A stretch of DNA of 50,426 nt from Candidatus Poseidoniales archaeon (GTDB lineage Archaea; Thermoplasmatota; Poseidoniia; Poseidoniales; Poseidoniaceae), in the NCBI GenBank assembly GCA_003602645.1, contig QQSI01000017.1, forward strand, positions 24,040 to 74,465. Reading direction: 5' to 3'. A model generated the notes under the pieces. It ran no database searches. It was not told the DNA's origin and saw nothing but the letters and a program-made list of their open reading frames with translations. Every line of letters begins with the position of its first letter. Positions within the stretch are counted from its first letter, which is position 1. Below are positions 19,239 to 26,998 of this stretch, piece after piece. Both the position numbers and the translations under genes were made by a program.

Positions 19239-20101
19239 GATTGCTCCCCCGTGATTAGAGGCGCAATTTGATGCGTTCTGTCGATGAGTTCAAGCGGATT
19301 GTGTGCGAAGATGTAAAGCGAAGGCTCCCAGCCAAAAGCACCTTCATCGAGAAGGACATCGTGTTTTGCACTGCGTCCTTGAACCTTGCCTTTTGGAGCT
19401 AATCCGAATGCATAGCCAAGCTGCTCACAGGCGTCTTTTATTCGTTCCACATCGACACCAAGGTCGGTGAGTGGTGGTCTAATGTTTAACGCTGAAACTT
19501 TTCCTTCATCTTGGGCATGTACTTCCAGAAGCAATTCAGCGAGGTGTTTCGATGTTCCAAAGGATGGCGTCTCGTGATGGCGCAGTACGCCATCGACCAA
19601 TGTGATTCGACCCGGGAATGCTGCCACTTCATCGGTCGCGAATGCACCATGAATGCATGCGGCTATGTTAAGCCCAACCGCTGGAATCACGTTTCGAATC
19701 CGCTTCACATCCAATCGGCTCGCAGCCCATTCGAGTCTTCTGAGCAGTGCGCGCTGTTCTTGCCCGGCGTCAAGGTCAGTCCCAGTCAATGTTTTGTCAA
19801 ATCGGAGTGTGTGGTTTCCAGTGAATTGGAGTTCAACAATCAGGCGCTGACGCAACACACTGGTGTTTGGCCCCATTGATGAGAGCGCTTGAGAAAGTTC
19901 GTTTCCCCAGCTGTCAACCGTCGCTTCATCTGCCGTTGCGCCAAGCCCACGCGGTGATTTTTGCATTTGTCGAGAAATCGTGCTCTGAGTTGAACCTAAG
20001 ATCTCCGCAATTTCAGTTTGCGACCAACCTTTCGTCCTCAAATCCTTTGCCACATGCTGCTGAAGGCGTTCAAGCCATTTGTCGCCAATTATACCAAGCA
20101 T
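19235..20101 (-). CDS. HTH domain fused to a ThiN-like domain (ThiR-like thiamine regulator, or ThiN thiamine-phosphate synthase)
   Basis: N-terminal HTH GWSQTEIAEILGSTQSTISR. The C-terminal ~200 aa are ThiN-like (NVIPAVGLNIAACIHGA...). Heads the ABC importer operon. ATG at 20101; an alternative GTG lies at 20122. Confidence 0.7.
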   Translation of the reverse strand: MLGIIGDKWLERLQQHVAKDLRTKGWSQTEIAEILGSTQSTISRQMQKSPRGLGATADEATVDSWGNELSQALSSMGPNTSVLRQRLIVELQFTGNHTLRFDKTLTGTDLDAGQEQRALLRRLEWAASRLDVKRIRNVIPAVGLNIAACIHGAFATDEVAAFPGRITLVDGVLRHHETPSFGTSKHLAELLLEVHAQDEGKVSALNIRPPLTDLGVDVERIKDACEQLGYAFGLAPKGKVQGRSAKHDVLLDEGAFGWEPSLYIFAHNPLELIDRTHQIAPLITGEQS

Positions 20102-20126
20102 ATTTGCCCCTCGAGACTCCACTTAT

Positions 20127-20158
20127 TCAATGTTGTTCATTGATTATGCAATGTGCAT
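20127..20158 (-). promoter_or_regulatory. Two adjacent inverted repeats immediately upstream of the ThiR-like gene (candidate operator / promoter region)
   Basis: tcaatg-ttgtt-cattga at 20127-20143 and atgca-atg-tgcat at 20146-20158. Both overlap an ATAATCAA A/T box on the minus strand. Confidence 0.35.
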
Positions 20159-20199
20159 GAGTTTTGAGTATGGCTTCAAAAGCTGCGATCGCTGTCAAT

Positions 20200-20766
20200 C
20201 TAACCGTTGATAACTTTGCCTAAATCGCTGTATGTCGCCTGTCTTTCTTCCTTTGAAAGGACTGCTCTGCCCGATGGAGAAGGCATCACCCAGACCTCAA
20301 CTCCATCAAGGATCTCAGGCCATTGTTCTGGGCGCAGATCCGTTGGTTGGATGCCATGGCTGCAACGTGGCAATTGGTGGTCGAAAAGATGCTTCCATTG
20401 ACGTTTTCCAATGAAGCATACACGTTTTAGTGACCCGTTCATGCTAATTGCATATTTTTCTATTCGTTTCATGAATATCGGGATATTTTGGCGCATGAAA
20501 TCCCTCGAAACCTGTTGTGCATCATTTCCGGGTGTTTCCAGAACATCACAAAACCCAAAACCATGAGTCTGCACCAAACGGTCGTCTTGATTGGCCTCAG
20601 GATGCCCAATGAGGCCAGCCGTGTGCAAGAGGGTCCAGAAGTGATTCGAGGGGTTAGCAAAATAGTGGCCTGAGTTCCATGTGGCCATTGAAGGATTGTG
20701 ACCGATGAAAATGGTGTGGCAGGAAGGATCGCCCGGACGAGGGAGTTTTGCCATGTACCGTGCCAT
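20200..20766 (-). CDS. mug: G:T/U mismatch-specific uracil-DNA glycosylase (UDG family 2, Mug-like)
   Basis: IFIGHNPS (the GINPG-equivalent catalytic motif) and MPSPSGRA (the NPSGLS-equivalent). About 190 aa. Confidence 0.75.
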   Translation of the reverse strand: MARYMAKLPRPGDPSCHTIFIGHNPSMATWNSGHYFANPSNHFWTLLHTAGLIGHPEANQDDRLVQTHGFGFCDVLETPGNDAQQVSRDFMRQNIPIFMKRIEKYAISMNGSLKRVCFIGKRQWKHLFDHQLPRCSHGIQPTDLRPEQWPEILDGVEVWVMPSPSGRAVLSKEERQATYSDLGKVING

Positions 20767-20877
20767 GATTTTGCGACGACACAATGTGTGATGTAGTTTT
20801 CAGATGGACTCCATGTCTTTTCTACCACAGCCTTCTAAGAGCCCCCGCGATGCCAACAACACGGGAGGATAGCCTTG

Positions 20878-22302
20878 ATGGAACTTGATGCGTTTATCAA
20901 TCGATTGTGCGAACGAATCCTCAGTTACATGGAAGATGCAGAAAAACCCGGTAAGGTCGTGAATTACGCACCTGCTGAATCGCTTTCCAAAACCACAGAC
21001 GTTCACCTCCCGCTTGAAGGGCGCGGTGCAAACGCTGTTTTCGATGACATCGATGAATTCCTCCGTCATTGTGTCAAAACAAACCGTGCTGAATTCATGA
21101 ACCCCTTGTGGGGTGGGCTGAGCACCACCGGATTTGCGGGCGAAGTGATTTCAGCCCTTACTAACACCTCGATGTACACATACGAACTGGCTCCCTTTGC
21201 GACCCTCATCGAGCAAGCAATACTCAAACGAATGGGTGAGTTGGTTGGATTTTCCGGTGGTGCAGGTACCCTCGCCACTGGGGGCTCAAATGGCAACATG
21301 CTCGGCATGCTTTGTGCGAGGGAGGTTGCCTTCCCCTCTTCGACTCATCGAGGGATTGACGGGACAAAAATGGCTGCGTTCGTGTCTGCGGAATCTCATT
21401 ACTCTGTATTGATGTCGGCAAATGTGATTGGAATTGGGCATCAAAATTTATTCAAGGTCCAGTGTGACGAAGACGGAAGAATGAACCCAGCATCGCTTCA
21501 AGAGGAAATAAGCCGTGCCCGCAAATCTGGCCTGACGCCCTTCTGTGTTGTTTCGACTTCAGGGACGACGGTCCGTGGTGCATTTGACCCGCTAAAAGCC
21601 ATTGGAGAAATTGCTCACAAGGAAGGGATGTGGCATCACGTTGATGCTGCTTGGGGTGGTTCAGCAATGTTCTCAGCCTCCCTTTCGAATCTAATGGCGG
21701 GCGTTGAATTTGCCGACAGTGTCTGTTGGGATGCTCACAAAATGATGGGGCTTCCTCTGATCTGCAGTGCTTTTTTGGTCAAACAGGCTGATGTGCTTGC
21801 CAAAGTCTGCGCTCATGGCAATGTCGCCCACTACTTGTTCCATGAAAGCAGCAAACAGCACGACCTTGGAAGGTATTCCCTCCAGTGCGGTCGCAGAAAT
21901 GATGCGCTGAAATTGTGGCTTGCATGGAGAGAATGCGGTGATGCAGGTTGGGCAGCACTCGTCGAACGCTACGTCGAACTTGCTCAGTACCTCGAAAACA
22001 ATGTGAAAAAGCACCCACGTCTCGAAATGATGTCATCGCGCCAATGGACCAATGTCTGTTTTCGTTACATGCCAACAAAACCTGGCCTCGATCTCAACGA
22101 ACTGAATTCAGAACTTCGATTGCGCCTCATGCAAAACGCTGATTTCATGGTGAGCCGCTCAAACATCGGAGATGCAGTTGTTCTCCGCTCGGTAATTTCT
22201 AACCCGGGGATTACCGAACAAACTTTGGATGGATTCCTTACAGAAGTCGTGCGCATAGGCACTGATGTAGAGAATGGCTTGCCTCGAGAGTCGGTGCACT
22301 GA
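20878..22302 (+). CDS. Group II PLP-dependent decarboxylase, GAD/CSAD-like
   Basis: NTSMYTYELAPFATLIEQAILKRMGELVGF and SVCWDAHKMMGLPLICSAFLV (PLP-Lys) are close to the animal GAD65/CSAD blocks. GGGAGGA SD lies 9 nt before the ATG at 20878. Confidence 0.88.
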   Translation: MELDAFINRLCERILSYMEDAEKPGKVVNYAPAESLSKTTDVHLPLEGRGANAVFDDIDEFLRHCVKTNRAEFMNPLWGGLSTTGFAGEVISALTNTSMYTYELAPFATLIEQAILKRMGELVGFSGGAGTLATGGSNGNMLGMLCAREVAFPSSTHRGIDGTKMAAFVSAESHYSVLMSANVIGIGHQNLFKVQCDEDGRMNPASLQEEISRARKSGLTPFCVVSTSGTTVRGAFDPLKAIGEIAHKEGMWHHVDAAWGGSAMFSASLSNLMAGVEFADSVCWDAHKMMGLPLICSAFLVKQADVLAKVCAHGNVAHYLFHESSKQHDLGRYSLQCGRRNDALKLWLAWRECGDAGWAALVERYVELAQYLENNVKKHPRLEMMSSRQWTNVCFRYMPTKPGLDLNELNSELRLRLMQNADFMVSRSNIGDAVVLRSVISNPGITEQTLDGFLTEVVRIGTDVENGLPRESVH

Positions 22303-22355
22303 AACGGGATGATTGGGGACGCTTGGTTAATGGCGAACCCCCTCCTAGCCAGGGC

Positions 22356-22811
22356 ATGGCAGGTGTGTTTCCTTCAATTCAGGGGAAGAATCTGAACAAA
22401 GTTGCGAAGACCGTTCCTGATGATTTCATCACACAGCACCTCATCGCAATCGTCGCTTTTCAGCAATGGCATCAGCAAAATGTTGACGAAACCATTGAAT
22501 TCCTGGAGAAAAACGCTCTTGACGAGCGCTTTGAGATCATAGAAATTCCAGTGATTCAGAAGACCACACGGTTTCGGGAGTTCCGTCTTGATGCTCTCAT
22601 GAGGGCTGCAATTCGTGACCAAAGAATTCGAAATCGAACCATTACTGTTTATTTGGACAAAAAAGCATTCATGACTTCTCTTGACATAGAGCGTGATTCG
22701 TCAATTCATTGGTTCGTCATTCACCGCCATACCAACACCATCTTGTTGCGAGGTGAAGGCGTCATCACATCCAATGATCTCGAACGGATTGCCGAAACGC
22801 CAGAGGCGTAG
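22356..22811 (+). CDS. Hypothetical protein (151 aa)
   Basis: ORF downstream of the decarboxylase gene. No recognisable motifs. ATG at 22356 (track start 22323 is TTG). Confidence 0.5.
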   Translation: MAGVFPSIQGKNLNKVAKTVPDDFITQHLIAIVAFQQWHQQNVDETIEFLEKNALDERFEIIEIPVIQKTTRFREFRLDALMRAAIRDQRIRNRTITVYLDKKAFMTSLDIERDSSIHWFVIHRHTNTILLRGEGVITSNDLERIAETPEA

Positions 22812-22899
22812 AGTGCGAACACATTTTGTTTACGCGAGCCTAGGCTCATCGGTGCGCTGACATACGACCTTTTTTGAGTGTAGACGGTCGCTCAGAAGC

Positions 22900-24558
22900 A
22901 TGGAAGAGGTGAAGACTTTGGCAACAGAGCCAAAAAAGGTTCGTTTTTCCATGGACACCGCCTTTCTTGCCCTTGGTGCAATCGCCTCAATTTTGCAGCC
23001 AATCATCCTCCTGCTTTCCGGAAAAGATGTCACCGATGCTATATGGCCACATGCGTACAGAGCCCTTCAGGCAACGATGTTCCTGCGGGAGAACATCACC
23101 TTACTGTTCTTCCTTGGCCTGATGCTCTTCTTCACCTCATTCCTTGCTGTAAATTCGATTCTGAAAGGTCGACCCTTGAATCAAAATATACGTCGTTTTC
23201 TTCTGTTCATTCTTGGTTTATTTTCCGGTTTAACGGCCCTGTACTTCCTTCTGGATATCTTTTACCTTCGTGGAGCTTTTCTCCTTCTCCCGACTTTGTA
23301 CGGCATGATTTTGCTCAGCACATTACTCGCCGTTGGTGGATTGCCGAGGTTACCAGACGGTGCCTCAAAGGGAGAATTTTTTTCCAGTGGAGCACATCTT
23401 TGTGCCATTTTCTTTGCCGCTTGGTTGGTCATGCCAGGTGTCCCGGCGATGATCGGCATCGCACCCTCCCCTCCTGAGGCCCCTCGCATTGGATATGGGG
23501 CAGATCCTGGACCATTTGACACAACGATGTCGGTGCACCCTTATGCGATGCCTGAACTTGTTGCCGATGTCATTCTTGAGGAGGAGCAAGACATCGAATT
23601 TTCAGTCTATCTCACCCTTCCGCAAATATCGCAAGTGATTCCGTTGGATGAAATCCCTCTTGCTTTGTTGAGCCACGGTTGGGGCTATCCTGTGTACGAG
23701 GAATACACAGACTGGATCACCCACCTTTCAGCGCGTGGGATTGCGGTGGCTTTTGTCCAATATCCATCACACATCGACCCCCCCATTCCTGCTGGTTTGG
23801 AAGGCATTGATGTGGAAGGCGCATCGAATTATCCACACCATGAATACCGAGCTATGGCCATTGCTGCTGCCCTGGATACCGTTCAGGATTTGGCTTTAGG
23901 TGATGACCGGCACCCAAGCGTTGATGCTGCAATTGGCAATGTCACCATCAATCCCAGCCATCTTTGGATTGGAGGACATAGCCTAGGTGGCGCATATTCC
24001 TTTATTCAATTATATGAAGCGATGGAGCGAGGTTGGGGCAATTCCACATTGTTCGTTGACATCGAATCTGGCTGGACACGACCGAACCAAGCCTCGCTCC
24101 AGCCAAACTTTTCACGGATGCCGGCAGATGCGATGGTACACATCGCTCGTGGCGTAGATGACATGACCGTCGATGCCTGTTACAGCGTACATCATCAACA
24201 AGCGTTCGCTGATTTAGAAGATGACCATGTCTTGTACATTGAATTACAAAGCGATTTGTACGGCTTTCCAAGATTGGTTGGTTCGCATTATCTACCCACT
24301 GACTCGGTTCACGACCGGCTTGCTGATTACGGGGTGTACCGTAGGATTGATGCTCAAGCGGACTGGGTCTTTGCCCGCACTCAAGGGGATCACATTACCG
24401 AAAACTGGGCTTACAACCACCTCGTCGATAGCGATTTGCTTCGTTCGATGGGCGAATGGTCTGATGGTACGCCGGTGTTGCCACTCTTGGTCTACAAAGA
24501 CGCTCTTCATACGGAGAAAAAATTTGCATATTGTGAAACTTTTGAAGGGGTGCTGTGA
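22900..24558 (+). CDS. Membrane-tethered alpha/beta hydrolase (lipase/esterase-like)
   Basis: The N-terminal ~190 aa carry about 5-6 TM helices. The C-terminal domain has LLSHGWGY (oxyanion region) and the nucleophile elbow GGHSLGG. Confidence 0.75.
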   Translation: MEEVKTLATEPKKVRFSMDTAFLALGAIASILQPIILLLSGKDVTDAIWPHAYRALQATMFLRENITLLFFLGLMLFFTSFLAVNSILKGRPLNQNIRRFLLFILGLFSGLTALYFLLDIFYLRGAFLLLPTLYGMILLSTLLAVGGLPRLPDGASKGEFFSSGAHLCAIFFAAWLVMPGVPAMIGIAPSPPEAPRIGYGADPGPFDTTMSVHPYAMPELVADVILEEEQDIEFSVYLTLPQISQVIPLDEIPLALLSHGWGYPVYEEYTDWITHLSARGIAVAFVQYPSHIDPPIPAGLEGIDVEGASNYPHHEYRAMAIAAALDTVQDLALGDDRHPSVDAAIGNVTINPSHLWIGGHSLGGAYSFIQLYEAMERGWGNSTLFVDIESGWTRPNQASLQPNFSRMPADAMVHIARGVDDMTVDACYSVHHQQAFADLEDDHVLYIELQSDLYGFPRLVGSHYLPTDSVHDRLADYGVYRRIDAQADWVFARTQGDHITENWAYNHLVDSDLLRSMGEWSDGTPVLPLLVYKDALHTEKKFAYCETFEGVL

Positions 24559-24586
24559 ATCATCCCATACATGAATGTTGATTGAG

Positions 24587-24593
24587 TTTAAAG
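24587..24593 (+). promoter_or_regulatory. TATA-like box for gcvT (leaderless transcript predicted)
   Basis: TTTAAAG centred ~26 nt upstream of the ATG at 24616. No SD is present. Confidence 0.4.
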
Positions 24594-24615
24594 AGCGCCT
24601 GACCTTCCAACGAAC

Positions 24616-25734
24616 ATGAGCGATGGAGCCCCTGTGCGCACAGCCCTGTATGACGAACACGTGGCCCTTGAAGCAAACCTCGTGGATTTTCATGGATTCG
24701 AATTGCCAATTTGGTACTCCAGCATTAAGGAAGAACACCTTGCAACTCGCGCAACGGCTGGATTGTTTGATGTGTCCCACATGGGTTCGTTCCGATTCAG
24801 CGGTGCAGATGTCAAGGGTTGGTTAGAAGGTCTCGCCACACAACGTGTGACAGCGATTGCACCTCCACGGTGCGCCTACACCCATTTTCTCGATGATGAT
24901 GGCCTGCTCATTGATGACATGATTTTTGCTGTTGTATCCGATACGGAAATTCTTGGTGTACCAAACGCTTCAATGATTGATGTCATGTGGACATGGTTCA
25001 CAAGCCACCTTCCAGAGAACGGTTCAATTCAACTTGAAAATCTCTCTGATGCGACCTCAATTATGGCTTTGCAAGGGCCAAATGCGAAGTCGATTCTCAG
25101 CGACGTGTTGGGTGAGTCAAACCATGTTGGACGATTCAAGTGGCAAGCGATCGGTGGCAATGCTCTTTCCATTACAGGGTGGCTCCAAGGAACGGGCTAC
25201 ACAGGTGAGGCAGGGTATGAGATCTTTGTTCCAAACGAAGACGCTCCTCGTCTCTGGCGGGCGCTGATCAACGCTGGGGCAGTCCCGGTCGGACTTGGTG
25301 CTCGAGACACATTGCGTCTCGAAAAAGGATACCTTCTTTCAGGAGTTGACTTCTGTTGGCCACCCCTCGCAGAGGGCGATGATGCATCGTTCCTTGCAAG
25401 GGATTCGTGGGAAACCAATGTGCCATTTGGTTTGGATTTGGAGCACGAGTTCATCGGAAAGCACCGCGTGACCTCTCATGAAGAGTCTGATCCACGCTGG
25501 TGGGGCATCCGCTACATCGAGAAAGGACCATTGCCGCGGCCTGGTAAAGCCGTAACTCTCCTTGACGGTACTCCAATTGGCGCCCTTACATCGGGCGCCC
25601 CTGCACCAAGTTTAGACAATGTCGGGGTTGGAATTGGTTACATGGCATCGGTCAAAGAAGGCGACGAAATTTTGATTGTTGCGAGCCCAAGAAAGTCGGT
25701 GAAAGCCGTCGTTGTTCGACCGCCGTTCCTTTGA
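24616..25734 (+). CDS. gcvT: Glycine cleavage system aminomethyltransferase (T protein)
   Basis: RTALYDEHVALEANLVDFHGFELPIWY, LFDVSHMG, GYTGEAGYEIF, ARDTLRLE blocks. Confidence 0.93.
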   Translation: MSDGAPVRTALYDEHVALEANLVDFHGFELPIWYSSIKEEHLATRATAGLFDVSHMGSFRFSGADVKGWLEGLATQRVTAIAPPRCAYTHFLDDDGLLIDDMIFAVVSDTEILGVPNASMIDVMWTWFTSHLPENGSIQLENLSDATSIMALQGPNAKSILSDVLGESNHVGRFKWQAIGGNALSITGWLQGTGYTGEAGYEIFVPNEDAPRLWRALINAGAVPVGLGARDTLRLEKGYLLSGVDFCWPPLAEGDDASFLARDSWETNVPFGLDLEHEFIGKHRVTSHEESDPRWWGIRYIEKGPLPRPGKAVTLLDGTPIGALTSGAPAPSLDNVGVGIGYMASVKEGDEILIVASPRKSVKAVVVRPPFL

Positions 25735-26874
25735 TCATACAAGGCGCTCGAAGGCTTCGACAAACGCCTCTTGCTGCTTTGCGCCTAAGTTCAGGAGTGT
25801 TACCGTCTTCTCACGCTGCGCCAGAAGCTCAGATGCGATAGCTTGGACATCCCCCCACTGGGCGATACCCCCAAGATGCTCATTCTCGCAAACCTCACCC
25901 ATCAAGCAATCGGAATTGACCAAGGTTGGGACTCCAAAGGATGCAGCATCGAACATTTTCACTGGTAAGGCACCTTGCAAGATGTTGCCCCTGTTGGGAT
26001 TGTACATGGCATACATCACATCGACGTCCTTGATCAATTCTGCAAATCCATCCCCATCAAATGCGAGGCTCAGATTGAGATCAACGCCAAGACGAGGGGC
26101 TTCGCTTAACAGATGTTCATGAACAACATCTACTGATGTTCCGTCACCTGCGATTTTAATCGATGGCCTGCTTTCCTTAGGGAGATGCTCAATGGCTTGA
26201 GTCAGCAGTTGGAACGGTTCTAATTCACGAACCCTACCGAGGTACCCAACGGTCCAATCCTCGTTCCTTTCGTTTTGTTTTTGCTGGTCATCACACCCTT
26301 CAGGACGGTTCTCCACGACCATCGCCTTGATCCCGTGTGATTGTAGATATTCTCGAAAACCAGGATGTACCCCGTTCTCGATCGCACCAGAGCTGACGAC
26401 CACGAGGTTGGCTTTTCGAATGTTCTTCAGGTTTCTTTTTTCCACCCGACCTGCTAGAAAGGCCCGAAGGGTTGAATTTGAATGGCCCATCCTTAACCAG
26501 GTGTGTTGCAAATCATGCATGTCAAACACCAATGGAAGTCCAACTTTTTTCTTGAGTTCCACGCCAATGTTGAGTGTGTCGGCATCATGGCAATACACGC
26601 AATCTGGAGGATTTGTCAGGAGGGTTTTTTTCACCGTTTTTGCAAAGGCTCGAAGGCCACGCAGGGTGCTTATTTTGGAACCATAGGTGTGCGTGCCAAT
26701 ATGGTAGCGCATCACCCGGACTCCATCTATGATTTCGCTCATCGGTGAGCCTTGCTGTCGGTCGAAGGCATGAACGGTAACTTGGTGGCCGTTCGAAGCC
26801 AAAAGTCGAGCGCTTCGCATCACCCGCGGGTCGGGTGAGCAGGCGTTGCTAACCACCATTGCGACGCTCGCCAT
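25735..26874 (-). CDS. GT-B fold glycosyltransferase (family 4-like)
   Basis: 379 aa. N-terminal MVVSNACSPDPRV... and a C-terminal donor-binding region ...PVKMFDAASFGVPTLV. Its stop abuts the gcvT stop. Confidence 0.8.
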   Translation of the reverse strand: MASVAMVVSNACSPDPRVMRSARLLASNGHQVTVHAFDRQQGSPMSEIIDGVRVMRYHIGTHTYGSKISTLRGLRAFAKTVKKTLLTNPPDCVYCHDADTLNIGVELKKKVGLPLVFDMHDLQHTWLRMGHSNSTLRAFLAGRVEKRNLKNIRKANLVVVSSGAIENGVHPGFREYLQSHGIKAMVVENRPEGCDDQQKQNERNEDWTVGYLGRVRELEPFQLLTQAIEHLPKESRPSIKIAGDGTSVDVVHEHLLSEAPRLGVDLNLSLAFDGDGFAELIKDVDVMYAMYNPNRGNILQGALPVKMFDAASFGVPTLVNSDCLMGEVCENEHLGGIAQWGDVQAIASELLAQREKTVTLLNLGAKQQEAFVEAFERLV

Positions 26875-26964
26875 AATGCATCCAACCTGCGCAAGAACAT
26901 GAGGTATTCGGCGTTTGTTCGGCTGAGCCCCAAAGGGCGATTATTATGGCCGTTCCGCGCTCAG

Positions 26965-26970
26965 TTTATA
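26965..26970 (+). promoter_or_regulatory. TATA-like box for gcvPA-gcvPB (leaderless transcript predicted)
   Basis: TTTATA ~31 nt upstream of the ATG at 26999. No SD is present. Confidence 0.4.
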
Positions 26971-26998
26971 CTACACCCAAGTCCGAGGTTCGATTGCT

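Noticed and set aside
20102-20199. TPP riboswitch upstream of the thiamine-transport operon
   Set aside because: The leader is under 100 nt. I saw no CUGAGA or ACCUGA-type conserved TPP-aptamer elements. A protein regulator (ThiR-like) is encoded instead.
22870-22875. T6 tract after the 22356-22811 gene, as an archaeal terminator
   Set aside because: The call is ambiguous. The same tract lies ~27 nt upstream of the ATG at 22900 and could equally be the A/T promoter box of the hydrolase gene, so I did not call it either way.
24292-24780. 162-aa minus-strand ORF spanning the hydrolase/gcvT intergenic region
   Set aside because: It overlaps two well-supported plus-strand genes and has no motifs. 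It is most likely a chance ORF.
26875-26998. Glycine riboswitch upstream of gcvPA (and at 24559-24615 upstream of gcvT)
   Set aside because: The intergenic regions are too short for a tandem glycine aptamer. The predicted transcripts are leaderless. I am not aware of glycine riboswitches in archaea.
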